Below are positions 19,131 through 29,152 of a stretch of 57,517 nt of DNA, piece by piece (the stretch's first letter is position 1; each line of letters starts with the position of its first letter). This DNA is from an uncultured virus (IMG/VR IMGVR_UViG_2600255157_000003) (Duplodnaviria; Heunggongvirae; Uroviricota; Caudoviricetes). The position numbers and the translations under genes are program-made. The notes under the pieces were generated by a model that had not been told where the DNA came from, ran no database searches, and saw nothing but the letters and a program-made list of their open reading frames with translations. The DNA lies in the IMG/VR virus record IMGVR_UViG_2600255157_000003. The stretch is one strand, 5' to 3'.

Positions 19131-19916
19131 TCAATTACCAAAAATTCCTTCAAATGCCTCATAATTTTTATCCCTTCCTTTAGGAACTGCAAATATAACT
19201 TTTTCAAAACATTTGTGTGATGTATCAAGATATTCTTTAAATATTTCAGCAACTTCCTTTGCATTTTGTCCAAAAACGCCACAGCCATATGCTCCAAGAA
19301 TCAAAAGATCAACTTGGTTTTCCTTTGCCATATCTAACACAAATTTAATTCTTGATCTCAATACTTTTGTGTTCTCCTCATCTGAAACATTCTGATATTT
19401 TTGTGCTGCTGACTTGTTGGGAGCCGCACATGTGATAACATCACATAATACACAATTTCCATCCTTATAGAAAACAATACTAGGAGAATATAACCCTCTG
19501 TTCAGATATAATGCTTTGTTCTTATTTCTATTATTCCAATCATAAAACGGTAGTACAAACTCTGATAATACATTATATAAACATGATTCATGACACAAAC
19601 ATTCTTCCTGCGCTTTGCTTCCGTTAATAAACATTCCTCCAGGATTCTTATATGACGAGAAGTTCAACACTGCCATACGATTTTTACAATCTTTTGCATG
19701 ATTTATGATGGCAGAAACGCTGTCAACCGCTTCCACAATAATATCCATTTTACATGAATACGATTTACTACATTCAAAGTCAACATCATAAATAATACTG
19801 TTTTCTATTGACTCTTTTATTCTTCCGCTATATACTTGTTCCATTTCTTTAATATGTTTCTTAGCTTGTTCTGCTCTCTTTTCTTTGTTATTCCAATACT
19901 CTTTTATGTATGCCAT
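19131..19916 (-). CDS. Bacterial-type poly(ADP-ribose) glycohydrolase (TIGR02452/DUF2263 macrodomain)
   Basis: VLNFSSYKNPGGMFINGSKAQEECLC, ITCAAPN and LILGAYGCGVF motifs. Confidence 0.9.
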   Translation of the reverse strand: MAYIKEYWNNKEKRAEQAKKHIKEMEQVYSGRIKESIENSIIYDVDFECSKSYSCKMDIIVEAVDSVSAIINHAKDCKNRMAVLNFSSYKNPGGMFINGSKAQEECLCHESCLYNVLSEFVLPFYDWNNRNKNKALYLNRGLYSPSIVFYKDGNCVLCDVITCAAPNKSAAQKYQNVSDEENTKVLRSRIKFVLDMAKENQVDLLILGAYGCGVFGQNAKEVAEIFKEYLDTSHKCFEKVIFAVPKGRDKNYEAFEGIFGN

Positions 19917-19988
19917 TTTTCTTTCCTCCAATAAAATCAATCTTTCAAATACATAATCATCCTTTTATTCATTTTATCACAACTATAA

Positions 19989-21011
19989 CTATTTTGCTAT
20001 CATTTCAAGTCCATCCAACAATTGATTATACAGTTTCATAATTTCAACCGCGTTAGTCTCATCTTTAGCATCTAAAATTTTTCCAAAAGCGCAAAGCATA
20101 TAATCCCTAAGTTCAGAATTGTCATAAACACTCACTGGCTTCTTGACAACAAAAGGTATTTCTTGCCCGTCCATAACATACTTCTTATATTTCTCCCCAA
20201 AATCTTGTAAATATTCTCTTTCAAGTTTCGCTGTTTCTCCTAAATATTTATTAGTTATTTTTTCGGACGAATGGTTATATAGTTCCATAAGAACTGATTT
20301 TGCTACTAGATCGTTCGGATGAAGCTCAATCATCATTTTACCCATCCCACGTCTCATAGAATGTGAACGAATATCATAATCAAGGTATTCTCCAGCTTTA
20401 ATAAGTGCCTGCCTATAACCTTCCTGTGAAATAACTTTTCCTCTATGGGTTCCGTGTAATTGCTTAAAAATATATTCATCATAATCATATTCAAAATCAA
20501 TACTTTTCTCATTCTCCAGAAAAATCCTAAATGCCTCTTGGATAGCAATATTAATGAATAACTCTTTCTTTTTTCTTGTTTTTTTCTCACCATCTACACG
20601 GTATCCCAATTCATCTATTCTTTTTACATCCCAGAATTTTTTCATATTCCCATTTTTATAAAAAAAATCTGACCACTTAGACTGAAGTAGATCTGAAATC
20701 CGTCTTCCAGTATTAATATTTAATGTAAACAACAAGTAAAAATTCCACTTTTTGTTTTCAATAAAATAATCCTGTATTTTCTTCATATCCTCAAAATTTT
20801 CTATTGCCGTTTTAATAGATTTTGTACCACACTGTTTATTCGCGACACACCCATTCTTATCAAGATACTTTCTTTCACCATTAACATCAATAAAACATTT
20901 TCCATTAGAAATATCACTGAACACAAAATATAATTCCCCTTGGTATTCACATGTATTTTTAATGCTTTCCTGTTTACTTTCTATCACTTTTTCTTCACTA
21001 ATCTCTACCAT
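19989..21011 (-). CDS. Tyrosine recombinase
   Basis: NTGRRISDLL, EKKTRK, RSHSMRR, YNHSS and KYLG: catalytic set appears intact. Confidence 0.9.
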   Translation of the reverse strand: MVEISEEKVIESKQESIKNTCEYQGELYFVFSDISNGKCFIDVNGERKYLDKNGCVANKQCGTKSIKTAIENFEDMKKIQDYFIENKKWNFYLLFTLNINTGRRISDLLQSKWSDFFYKNGNMKKFWDVKRIDELGYRVDGEKKTRKKKELFINIAIQEAFRIFLENEKSIDFEYDYDEYIFKQLHGTHRGKVISQEGYRQALIKAGEYLDYDIRSHSMRRGMGKMMIELHPNDLVAKSVLMELYNHSSEKITNKYLGETAKLEREYLQDFGEKYKKYVMDGQEIPFVVKKPVSVYDNSELRDYMLCAFGKILDAKDETNAVEIMKLYNQLLDGLEMIAK

Positions 21012-21146
21012 ATTAACCCAATCCTTTCTTAATTGTTACACTTTTCTCTGACCTCTGGCTGAATTACCAATGGTAAATCTTCCGCTTTGTATATACTTCC
21101 ATTCATATAGTTACACCTCCAATCAAATGGTGATTTCAAGACTATA

Positions 21147-21455
21147 TTACCAATATTTCGATGGATGAGTGCTTATCTTATTCATAAGTCTTGCACTTTC
21201 CATATATTCATTCGTTCTTCCATGTGTGACTCTGTTCATAAAAGAATATAACCATCTAAGCCTTTCAAGTGCCATTTCTGCATTTCGTTTTCTTTTTTCT
21301 GCCTCTTTTTTTTCGTATTCTTCTAAGCGCTGTTTTTGCTTCTCTGTTAGAGAGTTGTACCAATCATCATATAGCTTTTTTCTGTAAATCTGTATCATAT
21401 TAACTCCATTGATACAATACCACTTTCTTCGCTTTAATTCTGCATACCAAGTCAT
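21147..21455 (-). CDS. Hypothetical protein
   Basis: 102 aa with GGAGG RBS. Confidence 0.65.
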   Translation of the reverse strand: MTWYAELKRRKWYCINGVNMIQIYRKKLYDDWYNSLTEKQKQRLEEYEKKEAEKRKRNAEMALERLRWLYSFMNRVTHGRTNEYMESARLMNKISTHPSKYW

Positions 21456-21553
21456 ACATTTCCTCCAATCATTTTATATAAACTACTTCTCTTTTTCGTT
21501 GAAAAGTATAAAGCACGTTCCAACATTTCATATCAACGTGAAATGTGTTATAC

Positions 21554-22504
21554 TTATGCTGTAAACTTATCCCATTTTTCAATCATATTATTAATTGGCA
21601 TATCACAGTTGATGATATCAATTAAATACAATTTTATTTTCTTGCTCTCGTCTTTAAACTGGGGGTATCTGACTGTTGCATTGATCAACAATTCATCAGG
21701 TGTACTCTTTCGTAAATGTGATACCAGTTTACTTTGTACAAATTCATTATCCTCAGCCAAAACTTTTCTTATCTCATATAAAGAATTGATCACCCTGTGA
21801 CAATGGGACTGCGCCAACTCATTCCATCTTGCTTTATGTAATAATTCTAATACCCACTCAAAATATTCTCTGTCTTCTTCCCCTTTTTCAAATATTTTTC
21901 TTGCCAGAGTAAGGCATGATAAATTTCCGGCTTTCTTATTGTTTTTATCTACTGACAAACCGTATTTATCACACATACCCTTGATCGCAGAATCTATCTC
22001 CTCGCCAGAACATACATTAGCTTTATAAATATCATAGGGATTTGGCTTTTTGATCCCATTCCCTTGACAGCCGAATAATGCTGCCTCTTGTTTCTGGGTC
22101 AATCCTACAGTTATTACACATAATACATAATCAATTCCCATAATCTTTAATGCAACCAATCTATGCTGTCCATCCCATACATACAAATTTCCATCTTCCC
22201 TGTAATTGATTTTTAAAGGATCACACTTCATATCGTCCCATTCTTCCGCAATAGTTCTTACATGATTCTGAACAGTACGTTGATAGGATTCATCAATATG
22301 CAAGTCTTCTACTGGAACCAGCACAAAGACTTTATTTCCAACTGGAATACCACCCATAAGCGTTTTTAAAGCATTCTTTCGACTCTCCATATTATCATTA
22401 TGTTTGGCATTCATTTTCCTCATTTTGTCAATCATTTGATCTTTTGTTAGTAATTTTTGTTTTTTCGTTTCCGTTCCTGATGTTTTCATAATTATCTTCT
22501 CCAT
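21554..22504 (-). CDS. ParB/Srx-like (DUF6551-like) protein
   Basis: IDESYQR and VWDGQHRL motifs. Confidence 0.75.
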   Translation of the reverse strand: MEKIIMKTSGTETKKQKLLTKDQMIDKMRKMNAKHNDNMESRKNALKTLMGGIPVGNKVFVLVPVEDLHIDESYQRTVQNHVRTIAEEWDDMKCDPLKINYREDGNLYVWDGQHRLVALKIMGIDYVLCVITVGLTQKQEAALFGCQGNGIKKPNPYDIYKANVCSGEEIDSAIKGMCDKYGLSVDKNNKKAGNLSCLTLARKIFEKGEEDREYFEWVLELLHKARWNELAQSHCHRVINSLYEIRKVLAEDNEFVQSKLVSHLRKSTPDELLINATVRYPQFKDESKKIKLYLIDIINCDMPINNMIEKWDKFTA

Positions 22505-22589
22505 TCTTTTTTTTATTTTCTTGTATAAAAAAGCATCTGGATTTTATTTTCCAAATGCTTATAATATCAATTAAATGTATGTTTCTCTC

Positions 22590-22820
22590 TTATAGTTTTC
22601 CCTTATATTCAAATTCAATTTTAATTGCCTTATCCTCAAACTCTCCTTTGTAATTATATATTTTATATTGAAATCCAAGTTTTTCAAATTCTAAAATTAT
22701 TTGTAGATCATCCATGCTATGACTTCCATCTCGTCTCCAAATAATTTTATTTCCTAATTTCCCTTCCTCAGCTAGAAATTCCACATCATTAAAACGAATT
22801 TCATCTATAATTTTATCCAT
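22590..22820 (-). CDS. Hypothetical protein
   Basis: 76 aa with GAGG RBS. Confidence 0.6.
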   Translation of the reverse strand: MDKIIDEIRFNDVEFLAEEGKLGNKIIWRRDGSHSMDDLQIILEFEKLGFQYKIYNYKGEFEDKAIKIEFEYKGKL

Positions 22821-22845
22821 AAACTATCATCCTCTAATTAAATAT

Positions 22846-23574
22846 CTAATTTCCTTGACTAGATCTTTTTAATGAATTTTGAATCATCAATTGCGTTTTA
22901 GTGGCACCATTTGGCGAAATAACATTTCTATATGAAGGGTGATTAGGATATATCTTCATTAATTCCTCAAAGAAAAATTTTGCACCGTTTTCTGGTTCTA
23001 ATCTTTTAGCAATGAATAAAGAACCTGGCATCATATCTCCAAAACATGATCTTTCACTAGCTTTCATATTATTCAACCTATCAACATATCTCTTAGCCAA
23101 TATTTCTCTAATTTCATCTTTTGAGTTTGCTCTCATAGATTTTAGTTCTTCAATATCACTATCTGATGACATATCAAGCATATATATTCCTTTATATACT
23201 ATTGCACAATGATGTATGGGTCTATCATCAGTACAATTATAAAACCACCCCACATATGCAGATATATCATTAATTCCTGCATTCATTAAATTTTTTAATA
23301 ATCTATTAGAATTGTTATAACAATTTCCATACTTAAACTCGGTTTCATCGTATATTTTTTTGATTTGATTATCTTCTAACTTTTTTGTATTATATGTAGT
23401 AAAAATTTCAATTTCTCCTGTTCCTATTAATGGATACATTTTGCTTGGAATTACTATTTTTTCTGACTCAGCAACCTCATAAGTCATATAACTAATTATA
23501 CGATTTTCCTTTAAAATAATATCTTTTCCAAAATGTTCTTCTATCCACTCTCTATACTCTTTTGATATATTCAT
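22846..23574 (-). CDS. Hypothetical protein, possible transglutaminase/papain-like fold
   Basis: GNCYNNS...HHCAI...LD (Cys-His-Asp pattern). Confidence 0.55.
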   Translation of the reverse strand: MNISKEYREWIEEHFGKDIILKENRIISYMTYEVAESEKIVIPSKMYPLIGTGEIEIFTTYNTKKLEDNQIKKIYDETEFKYGNCYNNSNRLLKNLMNAGINDISAYVGWFYNCTDDRPIHHCAIVYKGIYMLDMSSDSDIEELKSMRANSKDEIREILAKRYVDRLNNMKASERSCFGDMMPGSLFIAKRLEPENGAKFFFEELMKIYPNHPSYRNVISPNGATKTQLMIQNSLKRSSQGN

Positions 23575-23608
23575 ATTTAATATCCTTCGTTAAAACTTAG
23601 ATTTTATC

Positions 23609-24214
23609 CTACAACTCTTCTGCCTTAAAGGTATTATATCCTTCATAATAATAGCTTACATCAATACCTTTCATATATACTTCCCTATCATCTATCTGAT
23701 CTGTTAATGCGTTCTTCAGTAAAACCTTAATTTCAACATCCTTAATCGGACTTCTTTCCATAGCAAGCAAATAGTCTTCTTTATCGACTCGGTTCCAGTC
23801 TATAACAAATTTTAATTCTTTTTTTAAAATCAAGTCCAGCCATATGCGTGTGCTTCTCCCATTCCCTTCCCTAAAAGGATGTGCAACATTCATTTCCACA
23901 TATTTTTCAATTATTTCATCAAAATTAGATTGCGGCATATCATCAATATGTTTTAGTGCAGCGTCCAAATACATTACAGGAGCAAATCTAAAATTACCTT
24001 TTGCAATATTTACTGTCCTGATTTTTCCCGCAAAATCATATATTTCTTCAAACAAAAATTTATGAATTTTAGCAAGCCCAGAAAATTTTCCAACTTCGCA
24101 ATTTTCAACAATGTTACTTTCATATAATTTAATGGCTTTAGTTTTACTTATTCTCTCTTCTACTCTTGCGAGTTCTGCCGAATTATTAATACCTAATTTA
24201 TTTTTCAGAGCCAT
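23609..24214 (-). CDS. Fic family AMP-transferase (class III-like)
   Basis: HPFREGNGRSTRIW; C-terminal SYYYEG inhibitory motif. Confidence 0.92.
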   Translation of the reverse strand: MALKNKLGINNSAELARVEERISKTKAIKLYESNIVENCEVGKFSGLAKIHKFLFEEIYDFAGKIRTVNIAKGNFRFAPVMYLDAALKHIDDMPQSNFDEIIEKYVEMNVAHPFREGNGRSTRIWLDLILKKELKFVIDWNRVDKEDYLLAMERSPIKDVEIKVLLKNALTDQIDDREVYMKGIDVSYYYEGYNTFKAEEL

Positions 24215-24249
24215 AAACCCTCCATAAATCTATTATTTCAACTGCTCTA

Positions 24250-24582
24250 TCAGAAAAACGCTTTAACATACGCCAAAGTTTTCTCTAACAAGTCTTCTGG
24301 TATTTTCTCTACAAACTGAATATTCCTACTGATTACATCCAAGCACTTCATATATTCCGTCAGTATCACACCTGTCGTTTTCGTTCTATCGTCTAAAGGG
24401 ATATGCAGTGGAAATTTGTTGCGTGTATTTGTAATCGGACACACCACAGCAAATTTAGTTCTCGCAAAAAACTGCTCATTACTAATAACTACTCCAGGTC
24501 TTTTTCCTGCTTGTTCATGTCCTGATTGTGGGCTAAAATCCAAAAATACAATATCTCCTTGTTGCGGATTATACATTACCAC
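24250..24582 (-). CDS. mazF: MazF/PemK toxin
   Basis: DFSPQSGHEQAGKRPGVVIS and VCPIT motifs. Confidence 0.92.
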   Translation of the reverse strand: MVMYNPQQGDIVFLDFSPQSGHEQAGKRPGVVISNEQFFARTKFAVVCPITNTRNKFPLHIPLDDRTKTTGVILTEYMKCLDVISRNIQFVEKIPEDLLEKTLAYVKAFF

Positions 24583-24821
24583 ACTTCCCTTCCAACAGGA
24601 GAACCCCAGTCAAATTCCTCTGCTACATATTCTCCGTCATAATCTTTGAATATATCTTCCAGTGTCAATTCCTTTTTCTCTTTAACTTTTGTAATCACAA
24701 TATTATCATCAACACGGTTAAGTTCCACAAGGTCATTTTCCATCATTCCTAATGCTTCAAGAAATGCTTTTGGTATTCTTATCCCCTGTGAATTTCCCCA
24801 TTTCTGAATTGTTGCTTGCAT
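24576..24821 (-). CDS. mazE: MazE (AbrB-type) antitoxin
   Basis: IQKWGNSQGIRIPK...DWGSPVGREVW; TTGACA promoter with GTATATAC palindromes upstream. Confidence 0.92.
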   Translation of the reverse strand: MQATIQKWGNSQGIRIPKAFLEALGMMENDLVELNRVDDNIVITKVKEKKELTLEDIFKDYDGEYVAEEFDWGSPVGREVW

Positions 24822-24908
24822 AAAATCATCTCCTTCCATACATTTAGTATATACAATAGTATATACATTGTCAATGACTTTATACGAAAAAGAAGAACCT
24901 CTTACGTA

Positions 24909-25388
24909 TTATTCCAACGGTTGTTCTTCTGTATTTCCCGTCAAATAATCCAACAAATCAGTTCTTCCACCATACATACAATGTACTTTTTCCATTTTCC
25001 CCTGATCATGTAACCACATAGCAGCTATAAACCTATGATTTCCATCTACAATTACAGGTATTGGACAAATGTACTTTCCATTACAAATATTATCAATTTC
25101 AATATCTCTAATTTCATCTGGATTCTTTATAAAATACAAAATCCTTCCTATATGCCATTCAGTAGGCTTGCTTTCCCAACATACATGTTTCCAGTTATCA
25201 CCAAATGGTTCTGACTCTTCCGCTTGCCCATCATGAATTGCACAAGCAATATCATCAAGTTCTACAACCTCACCTTCATTCCATGACCAACTATTGACAG
25301 GGAAAAATTCTGATAATCTATCTATCAGGATCATGTCGCCTGTGTAATCATCAATCGGTGTAAAATCTCCATGTTTCAATATTTTCAC
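24909..25388 (-). CDS. ParB/Srx-like hypothetical protein
   Basis: IVDGNHRF motif; start uncertain. Confidence 0.6.
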   Translation of the reverse strand: MKILKHGDFTPIDDYTGDMILIDRLSEFFPVNSWSWNEGEVVELDDIACAIHDGQAEESEPFGDNWKHVCWESKPTEWHIGRILYFIKNPDEIRDIEIDNICNGKYICPIPVIVDGNHRFIAAMWLHDQGKMEKVHCMYGGRTDLLDYLTGNTEEQPLE

Positions 25389-25402
25389 CCCCAAGGAAAC
25401 AA

Positions 25403-25594
25403 TCATTTCAACTGTAAACAAAATTCCAATTCAGCAACTTCTGTTTTCAATTTTTTAATTTCCAATAGTGAACTGATTGCATTATCCTCATATGTTGCTG
25501 AATCCATATTTTTTATGTCAATTCTAAAATATTCCTGCTGTCGCTCTAATTCTCTTTTCTTAGCAGCAAGCCTCTGTTCCATAACTTCTACCAT
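25403..25594 (-). CDS. Small coiled-coil protein
   Basis: 63 aa with AGGAGG RBS. Confidence 0.65.
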   Translation of the reverse strand: MVEVMEQRLAAKKRELERQQEYFRIDIKNMDSATYEDNAISSLLEIKKLKTEVAELEFCLQLK

Positions 25595-25635
25595 ATAAAC
25601 CTCCTATCTCAGGCAATGAAATAATCCTTTTCTGT

Positions 25636-25821
25636 CTATGCTAATTTTCTATTCTGTCTCACTCTATTCCCATTTTTCCATCGTTCAGGTCTTAACTGTC
25701 CGAAAACCCATTTCCATTCTTCTTCTGGCATTACATGAGTTCCATGTTCAAACTTAACAATAAACATGTATTTTCCATGAGAAATAAAATTTCCAACTAT
25801 TTCAAATCTAATCTTATCCAT
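25636..25821 (-). CDS. Hypothetical protein
   Basis: 61 aa with GGAGGT RBS. Confidence 0.6.
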   Translation of the reverse strand: MDKIRFEIVGNFISHGKYMFIVKFEHGTHVMPEEEWKWVFGQLRPERWKNGNRVRQNRKLA

Positions 25822-25928
25822 TCTTAATTACCTCCATATTATACCATTTTATCAATATAAAAGCCACCGGATTTTTTCTTTCTGGTGGCTTCAAATTATC
25901 TGTTCTATATTCAATTTTAATTTTCGCA

Positions 25929-26129
25929 TCATCTCTTATCATATTTTCCTGACAAGATATTCTGATTTACCTGTGAATTAGATAAGTCATTAAGAATCCT
26001 ATCCTCGTTCATCTTGCCATAATCAATTTTTCCAACATGGGTGTTTAAATAATTACTTGATCTGCCATCTTGTAATTTAAACCAGCTAACAATTCCTAAA
26101 ATAAAAAGTGCACTTAAAATAATTTCCAT
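25929..26129 (-). CDS. Small single-TM protein
   Basis: MEIILSALFILGIVSWF after AAAGGA RBS. Confidence 0.6.
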   Translation of the reverse strand: MEIILSALFILGIVSWFKLQDGRSSNYLNTHVGKIDYGKMNEDRILNDLSNSQVNQNILSGKYDKR

Positions 26130-26214
26130 AATATTTTCCTTTCTGTCACCATGTAGAACTTCACTATATTTTCTTTTTAATTTTATTGTGTCATGTACCA
26201 AAGAAAGGTACATT

Positions 26215-26424
26215 TCATGACTTCTCAACTTTGTTGATATAAATTCTATCAGTCCAAAACATACTTTTTCTTCTCTCTGATCCATCAGGATGAAACAATC
26301 CCCTATAGTCCTTTACTCTAATATTGCCTCCTCCAGTTATCTCTGTTACTTCTGTTTTACGAATTACCTTTCCAAAGAAATCTTTTACTTCTACTTTGTC
26401 TCCAACTTCAAAACTATTATTCAT
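26215..26424 (-). CDS. Small beta-barrel-like hypothetical protein
   Basis: FEVGDKVEV; AAAGGAG RBS. Confidence 0.6.
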   Translation of the reverse strand: MNNSFEVGDKVEVKDFFGKVIRKTEVTEITGGGNIRVKDYRGLFHPDGSERRKSMFWTDRIYINKVEKS

Positions 26425-26508
26425 AAAAATTTCTCCTTTTTCGCATAATAAAAGCATCTGGATATTCCTTCTCCAAATGCTTTTAAATGATTCACTATTT
26501 TCTATTAC

Positions 26509-26835
26509 TTACATGAAACTATTTATCAGTTCCTTTGCTTCGTTCCATAAATCTTCTGGACATTCTTCTTTAAACCGAGCATTTCTAGCACCAACATCCA
26601 ACATCTTCGCCTGATCACACAATATCACTCCTGTTGTTTGTGTCCGTTCATCTAATTCTATATGAAACGGATGCTTTTTGTTGGTGTTTGTTATCGGACA
26701 AACAAATGCCAATGAGCTATGATGATTCAAAATATCATTACTCAGGACAAGTGCTGGTCTTCTTCCACTCTGTTCATGTCCCTTTTGAGGGTTAAAGTCC
26801 ATAACAATTATGTCACCTTGTTTATACGTTACCAA
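26509..26835 (-). CDS. mazF: MazF/PemK toxin, second pair
   Basis: DFNPQKGHEQSGRRPALVLS motif. Confidence 0.92.
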   Translation of the reverse strand: MVTYKQGDIIVMDFNPQKGHEQSGRRPALVLSNDILNHHSSLAFVCPITNTNKKHPFHIELDERTQTTGVILCDQAKMLDVGARNARFKEECPEDLWNEAKELINSFM

Positions 26836-27134
26836 ATTTCATTACCCTTTGGATCACCTACATCAACCTCTTGCGTACTTTCGACATAAATTTCGTCAAT
26901 CGGTCTTTTGTAGAATGCTTCCAGCCTTTCTGCTAAATTAAGGTATTTAGGCTTGTTGATTTTCTCAACAGTCATTTTTCCATCGTAAACATTTATTCCT
27001 ACAGTGTCATTCTCTTGTAAATTCATTTGTGCCAATATTTCTTTGGATAATCTAATGCCCTGACTGTTTCCCCACCTCCTTATGTTCGTTTGTATCACAT
27101 ATTTTCCATCCTTTTGTATTGTTGTTTGTTCCAT
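26829..27134 (-). CDS. mazE: MazE antitoxin, second pair
   Basis: IRRWGNSQGIRLSK...GDPKGNEIW. Confidence 0.9.
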   Translation of the reverse strand: MEQTTIQKDGKYVIQTNIRRWGNSQGIRLSKEILAQMNLQENDTVGINVYDGKMTVEKINKPKYLNLAERLEAFYKRPIDEIYVESTQEVDVGDPKGNEIW

Positions 27135-27257
27135 TGACTTCTCCCTTCAAGTATATACGATGGATATACCTTTGATATTAGTATATACATAGTATATCCA
27201 TTTGTCAATATTAAAATCCACCTTCTTTCATGTCATTCAATGAATTGCGAATTTTAT

Positions 27258-27647
27258 CTACCAATCATTTCCCTCATTGTATTCTATTTTCTTACCACAC
27301 CAAGGACATATATCATATTCTCCATCCTCAATTCTTTTTGGCTGATCAAATCCCCTAACATATGGAAAGTATGTATGTCCGCAATCTGTGTCATAATTTA
27401 CTGAGCCATTTCCACTTGACCATTTGCAAAAATCATCTTCAATATCATCTTCTAAAAGCTCATTTTCTTCTTTTACTTCCGACACAAACAATTCTCTGTC
27501 ATACTTATAATCTTTTCCATCACAAGGCAGATTAATTTCACCCTCGTTTATCTTATCATCAATATCCTGATAAGCTATATCTTCGTTCTTAGCTTCCACT
27601 TCTACATATCTTCTATATGTTTCCACAATTTCTACTTTAAATTTCAC
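27258..27647 (-). CDS. DpnD/PcfM-like protein with Zn ribbon
   Basis: FKVEIVETYRRYVEVEA; CPWCG. Confidence 0.6.
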   Translation of the reverse strand: MKFKVEIVETYRRYVEVEAKNEDIAYQDIDDKINEGEINLPCDGKDYKYDRELFVSEVKEENELLEDDIEDDFCKWSSGNGSVNYDTDCGHTYFPYVRGFDQPKRIEDGEYDICPWCGKKIEYNEGNDW

Positions 27648-27807
27648 TACAATTCCTCCCTAATGCCTTTAATACCCTTTTAACATATTTTCTATTTCCG
27701 TCTATAACAACGTCTCTTGAATCCAATGTATCAGGATACCAGTCAAAATCTTCTCTTTCCAAAATGTCAATTTCTTTATCTGTAACGTCCGTAATAATAA
27801 ATTCCAT
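27637..27807 (-). CDS. Hypothetical protein
   Basis: Start at MEFIITD after GGAGGG. Confidence 0.55.
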   Translation of the reverse strand: MEFIITDVTDKEIDILEREDFDWYPDTLDSRDVVIDGNRKYVKRVLKALGRNCSEI

Positions 27808-27854
27808 CTTTAATCCCTCCATTTTTGCCAAGGAAATACGAGATTCAAAGCAAT

Positions 27855-28043
27855 CTACAAATTCAAGTAATTAAGCTGAGTCTGAAAACGATCACTTGTT
27901 ACATATTCTATAATTGCTTTTTCATGTTCCTTAATTTTTCTTTCCAATAATTCTTTATTTTCTGGATACTTAGAAAGCAATTCCTTGTCCATTCTATAAC
28001 GTGATACATAGTGTTTAAGTGATATTGGTGATCTTTGAATCAT
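27855..28043 (-). CDS. Hypothetical protein
   Basis: 62 aa between junction motifs. Confidence 0.6.
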   Translation of the reverse strand: MIQRSPISLKHYVSRYRMDKELLSKYPENKELLERKIKEHEKAIIEYVTSDRFQTQLNYLNL

Positions 28044-28077
28044 TTTTTCTCCTTCCTACCGTCATGAAATTCCGAAT

Positions 28078-28278
28078 TCATTTCCTAGTTGCCCTAAACA
28101 TTACTTTTAAATCTTTTGCCATATAATCCATTCCAAGACTGCCACATGAAATACAATGAATATTATTTTGCTCTTCAATTGCATTTTTTAACTCTGGTTT
28201 ATTAACTTCAATTTCATTGCGTTTAAACATACACCCACAACTTGGACACACATAAGTATCTTCTTCAATAAATTTCAT
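28078..28278 (-). CDS. Small Zn-ribbon protein
   Basis: CPSC...CISC; bounded by motifs 28065 and 28302. Confidence 0.65.
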   Translation of the reverse strand: MKFIEEDTYVCPSCGCMFKRNEIEVNKPELKNAIEEQNNIHCISCGSLGMDYMAKDLKVMFRATRK

Positions 28279-28314
28279 TTTTCTTTCCTCCATTTTCCTG
28301 TTAAAATCCTGATT

Positions 28315-29115
28315 TCAGACTTCAATTACATATGCTTGATCCGTCAATCTTTCTTCTGGTTCTACTTGTGTCTGATTTACTTCCTGTACCATATTACTTA
28401 ATTCTTCAATAGCACATTTTCCATCATCAGGAATAACGATCATTTCGTGAATAGAACTAGGCAACACAATGAATTTTGACACATCTAATTTCTGTGACAA
28501 TTTCTTTAATGCTTCTCCATCCAGAATTGCGGACGCTCCTCTAAAATTTATAGTATTAGTTACTATGTACTGTATTGGAATACCTTCCATTTCTTCAATT
28601 TCCTGTCCCATTAATTCAGACAATTTTTCCGACATAGATACAATCTCAGTATTTGCAAAAGTAATAGTTTCCGCTGCTTTCCAGGCTTCATCTCGACTGA
28701 TCTTTAATGTTTCCAGCAGTCCATATGTTAGCTTAAAAGAGGCGTTTTCATTCATTTTTACATATAAATACTTCTCAATACCTTCAAAATCTGTATCTGA
28801 CCTTACAATATCTTCTACGCTTGTCTTCTGCATTCCGATATAAAGATTTTCCATAATAAAGTCAGAATCAAGCAAGTTATCTTTATTAAAATCCATAATA
28901 TCAGCATTATTGTAGGTATCTATTGCCTTTTCAACCGCTTCAGAAAGTGATTCAGAATCAGCTATGATTTCATCTGTGTAGATCACAGGACAAATCCCGT
29001 TATCATTCATAAAGCGGATTCCATCAAATTCTACACCGTTTTTAATGCTTGTGTGTGCTTCTACTTTATAATTTCTGTTTGCAAGTTCCTGAATAATATC
29101 TTCTCTCCTAAACAT
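28315..29115 (-). CDS. DUF5688-like protein
   Basis: KNGV, YIVTN...GAS.IL, VLPSSIHEMI and MVQEVN...L.D motifs. Confidence 0.8.
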   Translation of the reverse strand: MFRREDIIQELANRNYKVEAHTSIKNGVEFDGIRFMNDNGICPVIYTDEIIADSESLSEAVEKAIDTYNNADIMDFNKDNLLDSDFIMENLYIGMQKTSVEDIVRSDTDFEGIEKYLYVKMNENASFKLTYGLLETLKISRDEAWKAAETITFANTEIVSMSEKLSELMGQEIEEMEGIPIQYIVTNTINFRGASAILDGEALKKLSQKLDVSKFIVLPSSIHEMIVIPDDGKCAIEELSNMVQEVNQTQVEPEERLTDQAYVIEV

Positions 29116-29152
29116 TTTTATTTCCTCTCTTTCTCTACTTAGAATTGTGTTT

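Noticed and set aside
22528..26485. Related AAAAGCATCTGG...CCAAATGCTT hairpins at about 22530, 25860 and 26450
   Set aside because: Adequately explained as minus-strand intrinsic terminators with T tracts
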